Notes: a model not told the origin generated them from the sequence alone. A stretch of DNA of 32,000 bases from Micrococcus luteus NCTC 2665 (GCF_000023205.1 NC_012803.1:1080001-1112000), one strand, 5' to 3'; positions 1 to 10,845 are shown, numbered from the stretch's first letter. Program-made: numbers and translations.

Positions 1-1
1 G

Positions 2-214
2 GCCCCGCTGTTCCTGCGTAAGTCCGCGGCGCCGGTGGTCCTCCAGGGCCCGGGTCGCGCCCCGGTCACCGTCACCCGTGGGGCCGTGGCGCTGCGGGCG
101 CCCGTCACGGTGACCGGCGAGGTCGGGGAGCTCCTCCTCTGGGCCTCGGGCCGGGACGCCGTGCACGTGGAGCTCGACGGCGACGCGTCGGCGGCCGTGC
201 GCACCGCCCTCTGA
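2..214 (+). CDS. 3' end of an upstream gene (partial); C-terminus resembles the mycothiol-dependent maleylpyruvate isomerase / TIGR03085-type C-terminal domain
   Basis: The frame ending at TGA 212-214 reads ...VTVTGEVGELLLWASGRDAVHVELDGDASAAVRTAL*. Third-position GC is high. The family assignment rests on recalled motif resemblance only. Confidence 0.35.
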   Translation, partial: APLFLRKSAAPVVLQGPGRAPVTVTRGAVALRAPVTVTGEVGELLLWASGRDAVHVELDGDASAAVRTAL

Positions 215-254
215 CGCGCTCCGGCCCCGCGGCCACGGGCCGGCGCATCGTCCA

Positions 255-492
255 CTACACTGGCGGGCACAGGCGTCGACCCGGCCATCACCGGCGAGCC
301 TCCGGAAGAACGGGCCGCACGGCCCCAGTAGAACCGGACGGGTAAGCCCGTCACAGCAGTCATCAAGCGGCCAGCACCCCGGGGACCTCCCGACGCCGGC
401 AAGCAAGGTGGTACCGCGTCCGCGGCCGGCCGGAGGGTCGGGCCCTCGGGCGTCCTTGCACGGAACCGACGCCCCGGACGCAAAGGACCCCC
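255..492 (+). promoter_or_regulatory. T-box leader (Ile specifier) upstream of ileS
   Basis: Canonical T-box sequence aaGGTGGTACCGCG at 405-418. The element order is AG-bulge-like AGTAGAA, then a GGGTAAG distal loop, then specifier ATC followed by A at 362-365. gtccttgc (452-459) can pair with gcaaaggac (480-488), which covers the SD of the GTG start at 493. Confidence 0.75.
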
Positions 493-3400
493 GTGTACCC
501 CCTCGCCTCCTCCGCCCCTGACGGCCGCACCCCCGCCTCCCCGCGCTTCCCGGAGATCGAGCGCCGCATCCTGGCGTACTGGGACGAGGACGGCACCTTC
601 CAGGCCTCGATCGACCAGCGTCCCGCCCTGAACGAGGACGGTTCGCAGAACGAGTTCGTCTTCTACGACGGCCCGCCCTTCGCCAACGGCCTGCCGCACT
701 ACGGCCACCTGCTCACCGGGTACGTCAAGGACCTCGTGGCTCGCTACCAGACGCAGCAGGGCCGCCGCGTGGAGCGCCGCTTCGGCTGGGACACCCACGG
801 CCTGCCCGCCGAGCTCGAGGCGATGAAGCAGCTGGGCATGACGGACAAGTCCGAGATCGAGGCCATGGGCATCGACAAGTTCAACGACGCCTGCCGCTCC
901 TCGGTCCTGAAGTACACGGACCAGTGGCAGGACTACGTGACCCGCCAGGCCCGCTGGGTCGACTTCGAGAACGACTACAAGACCCTCACCCCGGACTTCA
1001 TGGAGTCCGTGATCTGGGCCTTCTCCGAGCTGCACCGCAAGGGCCTGACCTACCGCGGCTTCCGCGTCCTGCCCTACTGCTGGAACGACGAGACCCCGCT
1101 GTCCAACCACGAGCTGCGCATGGACGACGACGTCTACAAGATGCGCCAGGACCCCTCGGTCACCGTCACGTTCCCGATCACCGGCCTCCCGGCGGACCCC
1201 GCCCTCGTGCCCGACGGCGGCGCCGACGCGGCGCTCGCCGCGCACCTGGCCGGCGTCCACGTCCTGGCCTGGACCACCACGCCCTGGACGCTGCCGACCA
1301 ACGCGGCCCTCGCCGTCGGCCCCCAGATCCAGTACGCCGTGGTGCCGGCCGGCCCCGAGGGCGCGACCGCGGACGGGGACCGCTTCCTCCTGGCCGTGGA
1401 CCTCGTGGGCACCCACGCCAGGGAGCTCGGCTACGCCGACGCCGACGCCGCCCGCGCCGCGGTCACCGAGACGATCCCCGGCGCCCGCCTCGGCGGCCTG
1501 GCCTACGCGCCGCTGTTCACGGACGTGTTCGACGTCCACCGCGGGGAGACCTTCACCGTCAACGGCCGTGACCTCGGCGTCGAGGGCGCCCACCGCATCC
1601 TCGTGGACGACTACGTCTCCACCGAGGACGGCACCGGCGTGGTCCACCAGGCGCCGGCCTACGGTGAGGACGATCAGCGCGTGTGCGAGGCCAACGGCAT
1701 CCCCGTGCTGCTCTCCGTGGACTCCGGAGCCCGGTTCCTGCCGCTGTTCGCCCGCGAGGACGTCGGGCGCGGCGACCTGCGCGAGATCGCCGGCGTCCAG
1801 GTCTTCGAGGCCAACCGCACGATCATCCGCGCCCTGCGCTCGCTGGGCCGGCTCGCGCGGGAGGCCTCCTACGAGCACTCCTACCCGCACTGCTGGCGCT
1901 GCCGCACGCCCCTGATCTACCGCGCGGTGACGTCCTGGTACGTCAAGGTCACCCAGATCAAGGAGCGCATGCTCGAGCTGAACGAGGAGATCACCTGGAT
2001 CCCCGGCAACGTGAAGCACGGGCAGTTCGGCACGTGGGTCGCCAACGCGCGCGACTGGTCCATCTCCCGCAACCGGTACTGGGGCTCGCCCATCCCGGTG
2101 TGGGAGTCCGACCACCCCGACTTCCCCCGCCAGGAGGTCTACGGCTCGCTCGCGGAGATCGAGGAGGCCTTCGGCCGCCTGCCGCGCAACGCCCAGGGCG
2201 AGGTGGACCTGCACCGCCCGTGGGTGGACGACCTCACCCGCCCCCACCCGGACCCCGAGGCCGCCGCGGCCGGTGCGGTCATGCGCCGCGTCGAGGACGT
2301 GCTGGACGTCTGGTTCGACTCCGGCTCCATGCCGTACGCCCAGGTGCACTACCCGTTCGAACGCGCGGACTGGTTCCCCACGCACAACCCGGCGGACTTC
2401 ATCGTGGAGTACATCGGCCAGACGCGCGGCTGGTTCTACACCATGCACATCCTGGCGACCGCCCTGTTCGACCGGCCGGCGTTCTCCAACGTGATCGCGC
2501 ACGGCATCGTGCTCGGCTCGGACGGGCAGAAGATGTCCAAGTCGCTGCGCAACTACCCGGACGTCACGGAGGTCCTGGACCGCGACGGCGCGGACGCCAT
2601 GCGCTGGTTCCTCATGGCCAGCCCCATCCTGCGCGGCGGCAACCTGATCGTCACCGAGGACGGCATCCGCGAGGGCGTCCGCCAGGTGCTGCTGCCGGCG
2701 TGGAACGCCTACCACTTCTTCACCCTGTACGCGAACACCGCGCACGACGGCGGCGCCCGCCCCGAGGGGTACCGCGCGCAGGAGCGGCACACCGCCGAGG
2801 ACCCCCTGGACCAGTACATCCTGGCCGCCACGGGCCGCATGCTGCGGGAGGTCAAGACCGGCCTGGACGCCTACGAGGTCTCGGACGCCACGGACGCCCT
2901 GCGCGGCTTCATGGACACGCTGACCAACTGGTACATCCGACGCTCCCGCGAGCGGTTCTTCGACGAGGACACCGTCGCCTTCGACGTCCTCTACACCGTC
3001 CTGGAGGCCTTCACCCGGGCCGCCGCACCGCTGATGCCGCTGATCGCCGAGGAGATCTGGCGCGGCCTCACGGGCGGTCGCTCGGTCCACCTGACCGACT
3101 ACCCGGACGCCGACCTGTTCCCGCACGGGCCCGAGGCGGACTCCCTCGTGGCCCGGATGGACGCGGTGCGCCGCATCAGCTCGGCCGGCTCGGCCCTGCG
3201 CAAGGGGGCCGGGCGCCGGGTGCGCCTGCCGCTGCCCCGCCTGTCCGTCGTCGTCCCGGACGCGGCGGGCCTCGAGGGCACCTACGCCCGCATCGTGGCG
3301 GACGAGCTGAACCTCAAGGACGTGGAGCTCACCGAGCTCTCGGAGGAGGCGATCGCCCGCTACGGCATCGGCACGGAGCTGAAGCTGAACTTCCGCGAGC

Positions 3401-3909
3401 TCGGCAAGGCGTTCGGCAGGCAGGTGCCGCTCGTGAAGCAGGCGGTCGACGCCGGCGCGTACGAGGAGACGGCCGAAGGCCTGGCGGTCACGCTCGCCGA
3501 CGGCGAGACCGTGACCCTGGCCCCCGCGCTCTACGAGCTGCGCACCGTCTCCACCGGCGCCCCCGAGGGGACCGCGGTCGGCGTGCTGCCCGGCACCGCC
3601 GGCTTCCTCGTGCTGGACACCGAGGTCTCCGCGGAGCTGGCCGCCGAGGGCACCGCCCGGGACGTGGTCCGCGCCGTGCAGGCGGCCCGCAAGGACGCCG
3701 GCCTGGACGTCTCCGACCGCGTGCGCACGCGGATCGAGGGCCCCACCGCCGTCGTGGCGGCGCTCGAGGTCCACCGCGGCCTCGTCGCGGAGGAGACCCT
3801 CACGGTGGACCTGGAGCTCGTGGACTCCGGTGCGGCCGACCCCCGCAAGGACCCGGCCGACGACGCCATGAAGACCGTGGCCGTCACCGTCGCGAAGGCG
3901 GACGCGTGA
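493..3909 (+). CDS. ileS: isoleucine--tRNA ligase (type 2)
   Basis: 1138 aa. HIGH-type motif [17 protein letters not shown] and KMSKS motif ([13 protein letters not shown]). An Ile T-box lies upstream. Confidence 0.95.
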   Translation: MYPLASSAPDGRTPASPRFPEIERRILAYWDEDGTFQASIDQRPALNEDGSQNEFVFYDGPPFANGLPHYGHLLTGYVKDLVARYQTQQGRRVERRFGWDTHGLPAELEAMKQLGMTDKSEIEAMGIDKFNDACRSSVLKYTDQWQDYVTRQARWVDFENDYKTLTPDFMESVIWAFSELHRKGLTYRGFRVLPYCWNDETPLSNHELRMDDDVYKMRQDPSVTVTFPITGLPADPALVPDGGADAALAAHLAGVHVLAWTTTPWTLPTNAALAVGPQIQYAVVPAGPEGATADGDRFLLAVDLVGTHARELGYADADAARAAVTETIPGARLGGLAYAPLFTDVFDVHRGETFTVNGRDLGVEGAHRILVDDYVSTEDGTGVVHQAPAYGEDDQRVCEANGIPVLLSVDSGARFLPLFAREDVGRGDLREIAGVQVFEANRTIIRALRSLGRLAREASYEHSYPHCWRCRTPLIYRAVTSWYVKVTQIKERMLELNEEITWIPGNVKHGQFGTWVANARDWSISRNRYWGSPIPVWESDHPDFPRQEVYGSLAEIEEAFGRLPRNAQGEVDLHRPWVDDLTRPHPDPEAAAAGAVMRRVEDVLDVWFDSGSMPYAQVHYPFERADWFPTHNPADFIVEYIGQTRGWFYTMHILATALFDRPAFSNVIAHGIVLGSDGQKMSKSLRNYPDVTEVLDRDGADAMRWFLMASPILRGGNLIVTEDGIREGVRQVLLPAWNAYHFFTLYANTAHDGGARPEGYRAQERHTAEDPLDQYILAATGRMLREVKTGLDAYEVSDATDALRGFMDTLTNWYIRRSRERFFDEDTVAFDVLYTVLEAFTRAAAPLMPLIAEEIWRGLTGGRSVHLTDYPDADLFPHGPEADSLVARMDAVRRISSAGSALRKGAGRRVRLPLPRLSVVVPDAAGLEGTYARIVADELNLKDVELTELSEEAIARYGIGTELKLNFRELGKAFGRQVPLVKQAVDAGAYEETAEGLAVTLADGETVTLAPALYELRTVSTGAPEGTAVGVLPGTAGFLVLDTEVSAELAAEGTARDVVRAVQAARKDAGLDVSDRVRTRIEGPTAVVAALEVHRGLVAEETLTVDLELVDSGAADPRKDPADDAMKTVAVTVAKADA

Positions 3910-5462
3910 TGCGCGCGGACGTCCCGGGCACGGTCGAGGAGGTCTACCGGGACCTGCTCGCCCGCGCCCCGGAGAACAAGATGCAGCCGCGGCTCGAGCC
4001 GATGCGGCGCGTGCTCGCGCTGCTCGGCGACCCGCAGCACGCGGCCCCGGTGATCCACCTGACCGGCACCAACGGCAAGACCTCCACGGCGCGGATGATC
4101 GAGGCCGTCCTGCGCGCCTACGGGCTGCGCACCGGGCGCTACACCTCGCCGCACCTGCAGCGCGTCACGGAGCGGATCAGCATCGACGGCGCCCCGGTCG
4201 CCGACGAGACCTTCGTGCGCGTCTGGGGGGAGATCCTCCCGATCGTGCAGACCGTGGACGCGGAGCTCGAGGCCGCGGGCGAGGTCCCGCTGACGTACTT
4301 CGAGGCGCTCACCACGCTGGGCTTCGCGGTGTTCGCGGACGAGCCCGTGGAGGTCGTCGTCCTCGAGGTGGGCCTCGGGGGCGTGACGGACGCGACCAAC
4401 GTCGCGGACGCCGTCGTCTCCGTGGTCACCCCCATCTCCCTGGACCACACGGACCTGCTGGGGGAGACCGAGGCCGAGATCGCCGAGGAGAAGGCCGGCA
4501 TCATCAAGCCCGGCGGCGCCCTCGTCTCCGCCGCCCAGGAGCGCGACGCCGCCCAGGTGCTGCTTGAGGCGGCGCGGGCGGCCGACGTGCCGTTCCGCTT
4601 CGAGGGCGTCGAGTTCGGCGTGCTCGAGCGCTCCCTGGCCGTGGGCGGCCAGCAGGTGTCCGTGCGTGGCCTCGCGGCCGAGTACCGGGACCTGTTCCTG
4701 CCGCTGCTCGGGGAGCACCAGGCGCAGAACCTCGCGGTGGCCGTGGCGGCCCTGGAGATGTTCCTGGGCGGCGGCGAGCGACCGCTGGACGAGGAGCTGC
4801 TGCGCGAGGGGCTGTCCCAGGTCACCTCGCCCGGCCGGCTCGAGGTGCTGCGCACCGCCCCCACGCTCATCGTGGACGCCGCCCACAACCCGGACGGCGT
4901 GCGGGCCACGGCCCGCGCGGTGCAGGAGGCGTTCGGCTTCACCCGTCTCTCGCTGGTCGTCGGGATCCTCCAGGAGAAGGACGCGCCGGGCATGCTCGCG
5001 GCGCTCTACCGGGCGTTCGGCGACGACGTGGAGGACCTCGCGGTGACGCAGTCCTCCTCGGCCCGCGCCATCCCGGCCGGGGAGCTGGCCCGCATGGCCG
5101 TCGACGCCGGCTGGCCCGAGGACGACGTGTACGCCACCGAGTCCGTGCCGGACGCCCTCGAGTGGGCGGTCGGCCGCGCGGAGGCCCTCGAGACGAGCGC
5201 GGACGAACTGGCCTCCGGCACCGGCGGCGGCGTGCTCGTGCTCGGCTCGATCACGCTGGCCGCCGAGGTCCGCGCCCTCGTGGGCGAGCCCCGCCATGCC
5301 GGCCCCGTCACCGTGGCGGCCCGCGGCCTCGACCCCGCCGACCTGCTCGACGCCGTCGGGCTGGCGGACGCCGACGAGGACGACCTGGACCCGGAGGTCC
5401 TCGAGCTGCTCGAGGACCGCGACGACGCCGGCGCCCGCCGCCGGCCGGAGGAGGACCGATGA
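3909..5462 (+). CDS. folC: bifunctional folylpolyglutamate synthase / dihydrofolate synthase
   Basis: ATG 3909 overlaps the ileS TGA by 1 nt. Mur-ligase P-loop HLTGTNGKTSTARM and the DHTDLLG motif are present. Only the 3' part of track ORF 1683..5462 is used. Confidence 0.9.
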   Translation: MRADVPGTVEEVYRDLLARAPENKMQPRLEPMRRVLALLGDPQHAAPVIHLTGTNGKTSTARMIEAVLRAYGLRTGRYTSPHLQRVTERISIDGAPVADETFVRVWGEILPIVQTVDAELEAAGEVPLTYFEALTTLGFAVFADEPVEVVVLEVGLGGVTDATNVADAVVSVVTPISLDHTDLLGETEAEIAEEKAGIIKPGGALVSAAQERDAAQVLLEAARAADVPFRFEGVEFGVLERSLAVGGQQVSVRGLAAEYRDLFLPLLGEHQAQNLAVAVAALEMFLGGGERPLDEELLREGLSQVTSPGRLEVLRTAPTLIVDAAHNPDGVRATARAVQEAFGFTRLSLVVGILQEKDAPGMLAALYRAFGDDVEDLAVTQSSSARAIPAGELARMAVDAGWPEDDVYATESVPDALEWAVGRAEALETSADELASGTGGGVLVLGSITLAAEVRALVGEPRHAGPVTVAARGLDPADLLDAVGLADADEDDLDPEVLELLEDRDDAGARRRPEEDR

Positions 5463-5959
5463 CCCCCGACCAGCCGGAGACCGGAGGCGCCACGGAGCAG
5501 GGGTGCTTCGGCGACGAGCCCTGGCGCCCCGAGCGTGAGACGCGAGCCCAGCGGCAGTGGCGCCCCGGCACTCGTCGGCGCCGCCGCTCCGTGCGCGCCC
5601 TGTTCACCTCCACGATCCTCATGCTCGAGGCGGTGCTCATCTTCTTCCTCGGGCTCATGCTGTTCGGCATGCACCGGGGAGAGCCGGGCGCCTGGTGGTT
5701 CGTGGCGGGCTACTCCGCGCTGGCCGTCGTCGCGGTGCTGACCTGCGCCCTGGTGCGCAAGCCCGTCGGCATCGCGATCGGCTGGGCGATCCAGGCCGTC
5801 CTGCTGGCCTCCGGCTTCTGGGAGTACTCGATGTTCGTGGTGGGGGCCCTCTTCGCGCTGACGTGGGCGTACGCCGTGATCAAGGGCGGTGCCATGGACG
5901 TCGAGAACGCCCACCGGGACCGCCTCGAGGCCGCCTGGGAGGCCGAGCACGGACGCTGA
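5459..5959 (+). CDS. DUF4233-type small membrane protein (conserved folC-ndk neighbour in actinobacteria)
   Basis: ATGA overlap with the folC stop. Several hydrophobic helices (LFTSTILMLEAVLIFFLGLMLFG, WWFVAGYSALAVVAVLTCAL, GWAIQAVLLASGFW). Position between folC and ndk matches the Rv2446c-like arrangement. Confidence 0.7.
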   Translation: MTPDQPETGGATEQGCFGDEPWRPERETRAQRQWRPGTRRRRRSVRALFTSTILMLEAVLIFFLGLMLFGMHRGEPGAWWFVAGYSALAVVAVLTCALVRKPVGIAIGWAIQAVLLASGFWEYSMFVVGALFALTWAYAVIKGGAMDVENAHRDRLEAAWEAEHGR

Positions 5960-6034
5960 GACCCGGGCCCCACTAGGGTGGGGCGGGAACCGGACCGCGC
6001 TCGCGGCCGTCCGACGACGCTAGGAGCACACCCC

Positions 6035-6457
6035 ATGACGCACCACACCGAAGAGACCCTCGTCCTCATCAAGCCGGACGGGGTGGCCCGCAACCTGGTC
6101 GGCGAGATCCTCGCGCGCATCGAGCGCAAGGGCTACGTGATCGCCGATCTGAAGATGCTCACGCCCACCCGCGCCATGCTGGAGCGCCACTACGAGGAGC
6201 ACCAGGGCAAGCCGTTCTTCGAGCCGCTGGTCGCGTTCATGGCCTCCGGCCCCGTGGTGGCCGCGCGCGTCACGGGCGATTCGGTGATCGAGGGCTTCCG
6301 CTCGCTGGCCGGCAAGACCGATCCCACCGTGGCCGCCCCGGGCACCATCCGCGGCGACCTGGGCCGGGACTGGGGCGAGGCCGTCCAGAAGAACCTCGTC
6401 CACGGTTCGGACTCGACCCTCTCGGCCGAGCGCGAGCTCGCGATCTGGTTCGGCTGA
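6035..6457 (+). CDS. ndk: nucleoside-diphosphate kinase
   Basis: [34 protein letters not shown]...NLVHGSDS (active-site His context). AGGAG at 6022-6026. Confidence 0.95.
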   Translation: MTHHTEETLVLIKPDGVARNLVGEILARIERKGYVIADLKMLTPTRAMLERHYEEHQGKPFFEPLVAFMASGPVVAARVTGDSVIEGFRSLAGKTDPTVAAPGTIRGDLGRDWGEAVQKNLVHGSDSTLSAERELAIWFG

Positions 6458-6501
6458 GCCCGTTCCGGGCCCGTCGTCGCGTCCGGTGGGGGAGCACGGG
6501 C

Positions 6502-7161
6502 TCAGTCGATCCCGATGACCCCGAGGCCCAGTTCCAGCAGGATCGAGGCGAACACCAGGACGTAGAGGAGCACGATCACGGGCCAGGCCAGCTCCCGGGC
6601 GAGTCGGACGAGTCCGGCCGGGGCCGGCAGCGTGCCGGTCTGCAGGTTCCGGGACGTCACGAGCACGAGCTGGGCGATGACCATGGCCCACACGATCATG
6701 CAGTAGAGGCACAGCGTGCCGATGCTGTAGACGGCGGAGTACCAGAGCCACACGCAGAACGCGAAGCCCGCCAGGATCCCCGCATTCATCAGCAGCCAGT
6801 ACCAGCGGGCGAAGCGGGCGCCGGCGAGCAGGGACACCGCCACGGTGATGAGCACGGAGAACGCGACCACGCCGATGTACGTGTTCGGGAAGCCGAAGGT
6901 GTGGGCCTGCCACGACTGCATCACCTGGCCGCAGGACACCCAGGGGTTGAGGTCGCAGGACGTGCGGTGCGTCGGGTCCGCGGTGAGGAGGGCGCGCTCG
7001 ACGATGATGACGATCGTCGCCGTCAGCGCCACGAGCGAGGTGATCAGGAGCAGCGCCGCCGTGCCCGCGGGCCGGGCGTACCAGGTGAGCCGGTCCTCCT
7101 CGGCGGGCACGTCGTCGGCAGGGGAGAGGCGGACGTCGTCCGTCGGCGGGGTCGCAGGCAT
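6502..7161 (-). CDS. vitamin K epoxide reductase (VKOR) family membrane protein
   Basis: Start is ATG at 7161 (MPATPPTDD). Loop cysteine pair SCDLNPWVSCGQV and the CLYC redox motif sit within 4-5 TM helices. Confidence 0.8.
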   Translation of the reverse strand: MPATPPTDDVRLSPADDVPAEEDRLTWYARPAGTAALLLITSLVALTATIVIIVERALLTADPTHRTSCDLNPWVSCGQVMQSWQAHTFGFPNTYIGVVAFSVLITVAVSLLAGARFARWYWLLMNAGILAGFAFCVWLWYSAVYSIGTLCLYCMIVWAMVIAQLVLVTSRNLQTGTLPAPAGLVRLARELAWPVIVLLYVLVFASILLELGLGVIGID

Positions 7162-7558
7162 GCACACGATTCTAGGCGCGTGCCCGGGGCGGATGTGAGA
7201 GAATCGGCCCTGGCCGTCCCGTGGCCACACCGCGGGGCAGCCCGCTGCGCGCCCGACGTCGGGCCGCCGCCGAGGCGCCCCCGCGTCGAACATCGCGCGG
7301 GAGGTGGACGCCGGGCCCCGCCCGTGTGCGTCCGTGCGCCGGCCGGCGGACGGCACATGACGCCCAGGCTCCGATCTCGAGGGCGCAGCGGTTCCGCGCC
7401 GGGCCCTGACGGTCGACGCGGTCCACCCGATGACTTCTCGGAGTCCGCCTCCCGGCGCACCCGTGGCGCACGGCGCCCGGGGCAACGCGGCCGGCGGCGG
7501 ACGCGGACACGCCGGGCGGCGGCGAGTGTGGCGTCGTCGGTCGGCGGGAGGTGCTGCC

Positions 7559-10500
7559 ATGGCGGCCAACAACGAGGACACGACCCGCGCAGACGAACGT
7601 GCGGAGGAGACGGCCGCGCAGGCCGTGACGCAGACCGCGGCGGACACCGCCGCCGGGGCGGTTCAGCCGGAGCGGACCGCCGCGTCCGACGACGCCGCGG
7701 GCCCGGCCGAGGAGCCGAGCGCGCCGACGCTGCAGTTCGACCCGACCGACCCGTTCGCCGTGCCGGCGAACCTGATCGAGGTCCTGCGCACCGAGACCAC
7801 GTCCCGGCAGCCCTCCGAGGACGAGGACGACCCGGAGACCTCCGGGCGTCCGCGCCGTCGTCGCCGCCCCTCGCGTGAGGGCGGCCACGCGGAGGAGGGG
7901 GCCGCAGATGCGTCGGCGGACGCCGAGGACCAGGAGGGCGCCGGAGAGTCCGAGGACCGAGCCGAGGGCGCCGTGGTCTCCCGTCGGCGCCGCCGACGCC
8001 GCCGCGGCGAGGTGGACATGGAGCTCGACGGCGGCGAGGCCGGCGATCCCGAGCACACCGTCACCCGCGTGCGCGCACCGCGCCAGGCCGCCAGCACCGC
8101 CTCGGACACCGTCCAGAGCGTCAAGGGCTCCACCCGGCTCGAGGCGAAGCGCCAGCGCCGCCGCGACTCCCGCTCGGGCGGGCGTCGCCGCACCGTGATC
8201 ACCGAGGCCGAGTTCCTGGCCCGCCGCGAGGCCGTGGACCGCAAGATGCTCGTGCGCCAGCGCGACCAGCGCATCCAGATCGCCGTGCTCGAGGACGGCG
8301 TGCTGGCCGAGCACTTCGTCTCGCACACCACGCAGGACTCGATGATCGGCAACGTGTACCTGGGCAAGGTCCAGAACGTGCTGCCGTCCATGGAGGCCGC
8401 GTTCGTGGACATCGGCCGCGGACGCAACGCCGTGCTCTACGCGGGCGAGGTCAACTGGGACGCCGCCCAGCTGGACGGCAAGCCGAGGAAGATCGAGAAC
8501 GCGCTCAAGTCCGGCGACACCGTGCTCGTCCAGGTCACCAAGGACTCGGTGGGCCACAAGGGCGCCCGCCTGACCAGCCAGGTCTCCCTGCCCGGCCGCT
8601 ACCTCGTGTACGTGCCCGGAGGCTCGATGACCGGCATCTCCCGCAAGCTGCCGGACGTGGAGCGCTCGCGTCTGAAGAAGATCCTCAAGGACCACCTGCC
8701 GCAGGACGCAGGCGTGATCGTGCGCACCGCGGCCGAGGGCACCTCCGAGCAGGAGCTGCAGAACGACATCAACCGTCTGCGCGCCCAGTGGGAGGGCATC
8801 CAGGAGAAGGCGTCCGGCACCAAGGTGCTCGCCCCCGAGCTGCTCTACGCCGAGCCTGACCTGACCATCAAGACGGTCCGCGACGTCTTCAACGAGGACT
8901 TCTCCGCCATGCTCGTCCAGGGCGAGGCCACGTGGGACAACATCGAGGCCTACGTGACCTACGTGGCCCCGCACCTGCTGGGCCGTCTGCACCACTGGGT
9001 GCCGGAGGACCACGACGGCGAGGACCTGTACGCCACCCACCGCGTGGACGAGCAGCTCCACAAGGCGCTCGAGCGCAAGGTGTACCTGCCCTCCGGCGGC
9101 TCCCTCGTGATCGACCGCACCGAGGCCATGACCGTGGTGGACGTGAACACCGGCAAATTCACGGGCTCCGGCGGCAACCTCGAGGAGACCGTCACCAAGA
9201 ACAACCTCGAGGCCGCCGAGGAGATCGTCCGGCAGCTGCGCCTGCGGGACATCGGCGGCATCATCGTCATCGACTTCATCGACATGGTGCTCGAGGCCAA
9301 CCGCGACCTCGTGCTGCGCCGTCTCGTGGAGTGCCTGGGCCGGGACCGCACGAAGCACCAGGTCGCCGAGGTGACCTCGCTCGGCCTGGTCCAGATGACG
9401 CGCAAGCGCATGGGCACCGGCCTGGTCGAGGTGTTCTCGGAGACCTGCGAGCACTGCGCCGGCCGCGGAATCCTCATCCAGGACACGCCGATCGAGCGGG
9501 GCCGCTCCGGCGGTGAGCAGCGCGGCGAGGCGGAGGGCCGCCGTCGTCGCCGGCGTCGGGGCGACGGCGAGGGCGAGCACGCCCACGCCGCCGCGGCCAC
9601 GACGACGGGCGCCGAGCCCACCGACTCCGAGGACGAGCGGCAGCGCCGTGAGCGGGCCGAGGCCGCCCGTGTCGCCCTGCACTCGATCGCGAAGGCCTCC
9701 GGCAAGGTGGCCGAGGACGAGACCCCCGCCCAGGAGTCCGCCCCCGCCGAGCAGGCGGCGGACGCCGCCGAGGACCAGGCGGCCGAGGCCGTCGAGGCCG
9801 CGTCGGCCGGGCCCGCGGAGGCCGGGCAGCCGGCCGGGGCGGACGAGGAGGAGACGCCGCGTCGCCGGCGCCGTCGGGGCCGCCGCCGCAGCCGGGGCCG
9901 CGCCGAGGAGTCGGGGGACACCGGCGCCGAGGATGCCGCGCGGTCGCACGACGACGAGCTCGCCGAGTCCGCCGAGCAGCCCCGTCAGACCGAGGAGGAG
10001 GCCGCCTCCAAGGCCCCTGGGGCCCCTGAGCACCAGGACCCGGTCGTGCAGGCCGAGGAGGCCGTGGCCGCCGTCGCGGAGGCGGAGGCCGACGCCGAGG
10101 CCGAGCCCACGGAGGATGCGGCCGAGCAGGGCGACCGCCCGCGCCGGTCCCGGCGTCGCCGGGGCGGTCGCGGCCGGTCCCGGCGGGACGGCGAGGCGGC
10201 CTCGACCGAGGCCGACGCCGAGGACCAGGGCGCGGAGCGCGCGACGCCGTCGCGGCACGACGTCGCGGGGGACGCACCGGAGCCGGAGCCCGCCGAGGAT
10301 GCGCCGGCGCCCGTGCCTGCCGAGGATGTCCCGGCGCCCCGGCGCCGCCGGTCCCGCCGGGCCTCGAGCGACGGCGTCGTCCGTCCGGCCGCCGGTGCGG
10401 ACGCGTCCGCCGAGCGGGCGGCCGACCGCATGGACGCGGCTCCGGTGGAGACCACCGAGCCCTCGCCCGAGGAGTCCACGGACGCCACCGAGGTCCACGA

Positions 10501-10834
10501 GCAGCCCGCCGCCCCGGCCGCCGTCGAGGAGGCCGTGATGGTGGAGCCTGCGGCGACCGAGCCGACGGCGGACGGGGAGCAGGCGTCCGCCGCGGACGCC
10601 CCGACCGAGGCCCAGGCGGCCCCGGCGCCCAAATCGCCGCGCCGGCGCTCGCGTCGTGCCGTGTCGTCCGACGGCGTCCACGTCCAGGTCCAGGCCGCGC
10701 CCGGCGGCGCCCAGGGCGGCCGCTTCACGGCGGCCGTGGCCGAGGCGTCCACCCCCGCCGAGCCGCAGGGTGCCGCCCCGGTGATGCTCGGCGTCGGCGT
10801 GAAGGCCGCCGACCTGGCCCGTCGCGGCCGCTGA
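7559..10834 (+). CDS. rne: ribonuclease E/G family endoribonuclease (RNase E)
   Basis: S1 domain GNVYLGKVQNVLPSMEAAFVDIGRGRNAVLY. Catalytic core includes LVIDRTEAMTVVDVNTGKF and IIVIDFIDM. It is flanked by Arg/Glu/Ala/Pro-rich low-complexity arms. ATG 7559 has GGGAGG 8 nt upstream; in-frame ATG 7430 is an alternative start. Confidence 0.85.
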   Translation: MAANNEDTTRADERAEETAAQAVTQTAADTAAGAVQPERTAASDDAAGPAEEPSAPTLQFDPTDPFAVPANLIEVLRTETTSRQPSEDEDDPETSGRPRRRRRPSREGGHAEEGAADASADAEDQEGAGESEDRAEGAVVSRRRRRRRRGEVDMELDGGEAGDPEHTVTRVRAPRQAASTASDTVQSVKGSTRLEAKRQRRRDSRSGGRRRTVITEAEFLARREAVDRKMLVRQRDQRIQIAVLEDGVLAEHFVSHTTQDSMIGNVYLGKVQNVLPSMEAAFVDIGRGRNAVLYAGEVNWDAAQLDGKPRKIENALKSGDTVLVQVTKDSVGHKGARLTSQVSLPGRYLVYVPGGSMTGISRKLPDVERSRLKKILKDHLPQDAGVIVRTAAEGTSEQELQNDINRLRAQWEGIQEKASGTKVLAPELLYAEPDLTIKTVRDVFNEDFSAMLVQGEATWDNIEAYVTYVAPHLLGRLHHWVPEDHDGEDLYATHRVDEQLHKALERKVYLPSGGSLVIDRTEAMTVVDVNTGKFTGSGGNLEETVTKNNLEAAEEIVRQLRLRDIGGIIVIDFIDMVLEANRDLVLRRLVECLGRDRTKHQVAEVTSLGLVQMTRKRMGTGLVEVFSETCEHCAGRGILIQDTPIERGRSGGEQRGEAEGRRRRRRRGDGEGEHAHAAAATTTGAEPTDSEDERQRRERAEAARVALHSIAKASGKVAEDETPAQESAPAEQAADAAEDQAAEAVEAASAGPAEAGQPAGADEEETPRRRRRRGRRRSRGRAEESGDTGAEDAARSHDDELAESAEQPRQTEEEAASKAPGAPEHQDPVVQAEEAVAAVAEAEADAEAEPTEDAAEQGDRPRRSRRRRGGRGRSRRDGEAASTEADAEDQGAERATPSRHDVAGDAPEPEPAEDAPAPVPAEDVPAPRRRRSRRASSDGVVRPAAGADASAERAADRMDAAPVETTEPSPEESTDATEVHEQPAAPAAVEEAVMVEPAATEPTADGEQASAADAPTEAQAAPAPKSPRRRSRRAVSSDGVHVQVQAAPGGAQGGRFTAAVAEASTPAEPQGAAPVMLGVGVKAADLARRGR

Positions 10835-10845
10835 CCGTCGTCGGT

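Noticed and set aside
1683-3908. 5' two-thirds of the 1259-aa + ORF that ends as folC
   Set aside because: This part overlaps ileS in another frame and is Arg/Pro/Gly-rich. FolC homology begins only at ATG 3909.
3531-5297. 588-aa minus ORF opposite folC, plus several similar ORFs (924..1571, 5006..5950, 6020..7165, 9474..10277, 9513..10538, 9985..11301, 14789..16105, 27586..28884, 29065..30276 and others)
   Set aside because: All overlap better-supported genes and show low-complexity Arg/Gly/Pro/Ala translations without recognisable domains.
6019-6037. Recurrent AGGAGCAC(N)CCC-ATG context upstream of ndk (6022), obg (11838), the small ORF (16096) and the oxidase (31200) as a shared regulatory motif
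   Set aside because: It is simply a strong Shine-Dalgarno with optimal spacing. Nothing is conserved beyond the SD and the C-rich spacer.
7860-10700. Possible tandem repeats or minisatellite in rne (recurrent cgccgccg / gaggag tracts)
   Set aside because: No fixed repeat unit or periodicity is present. The tracts reflect low-complexity coding of Arg/Glu/Ala-rich protein segments.
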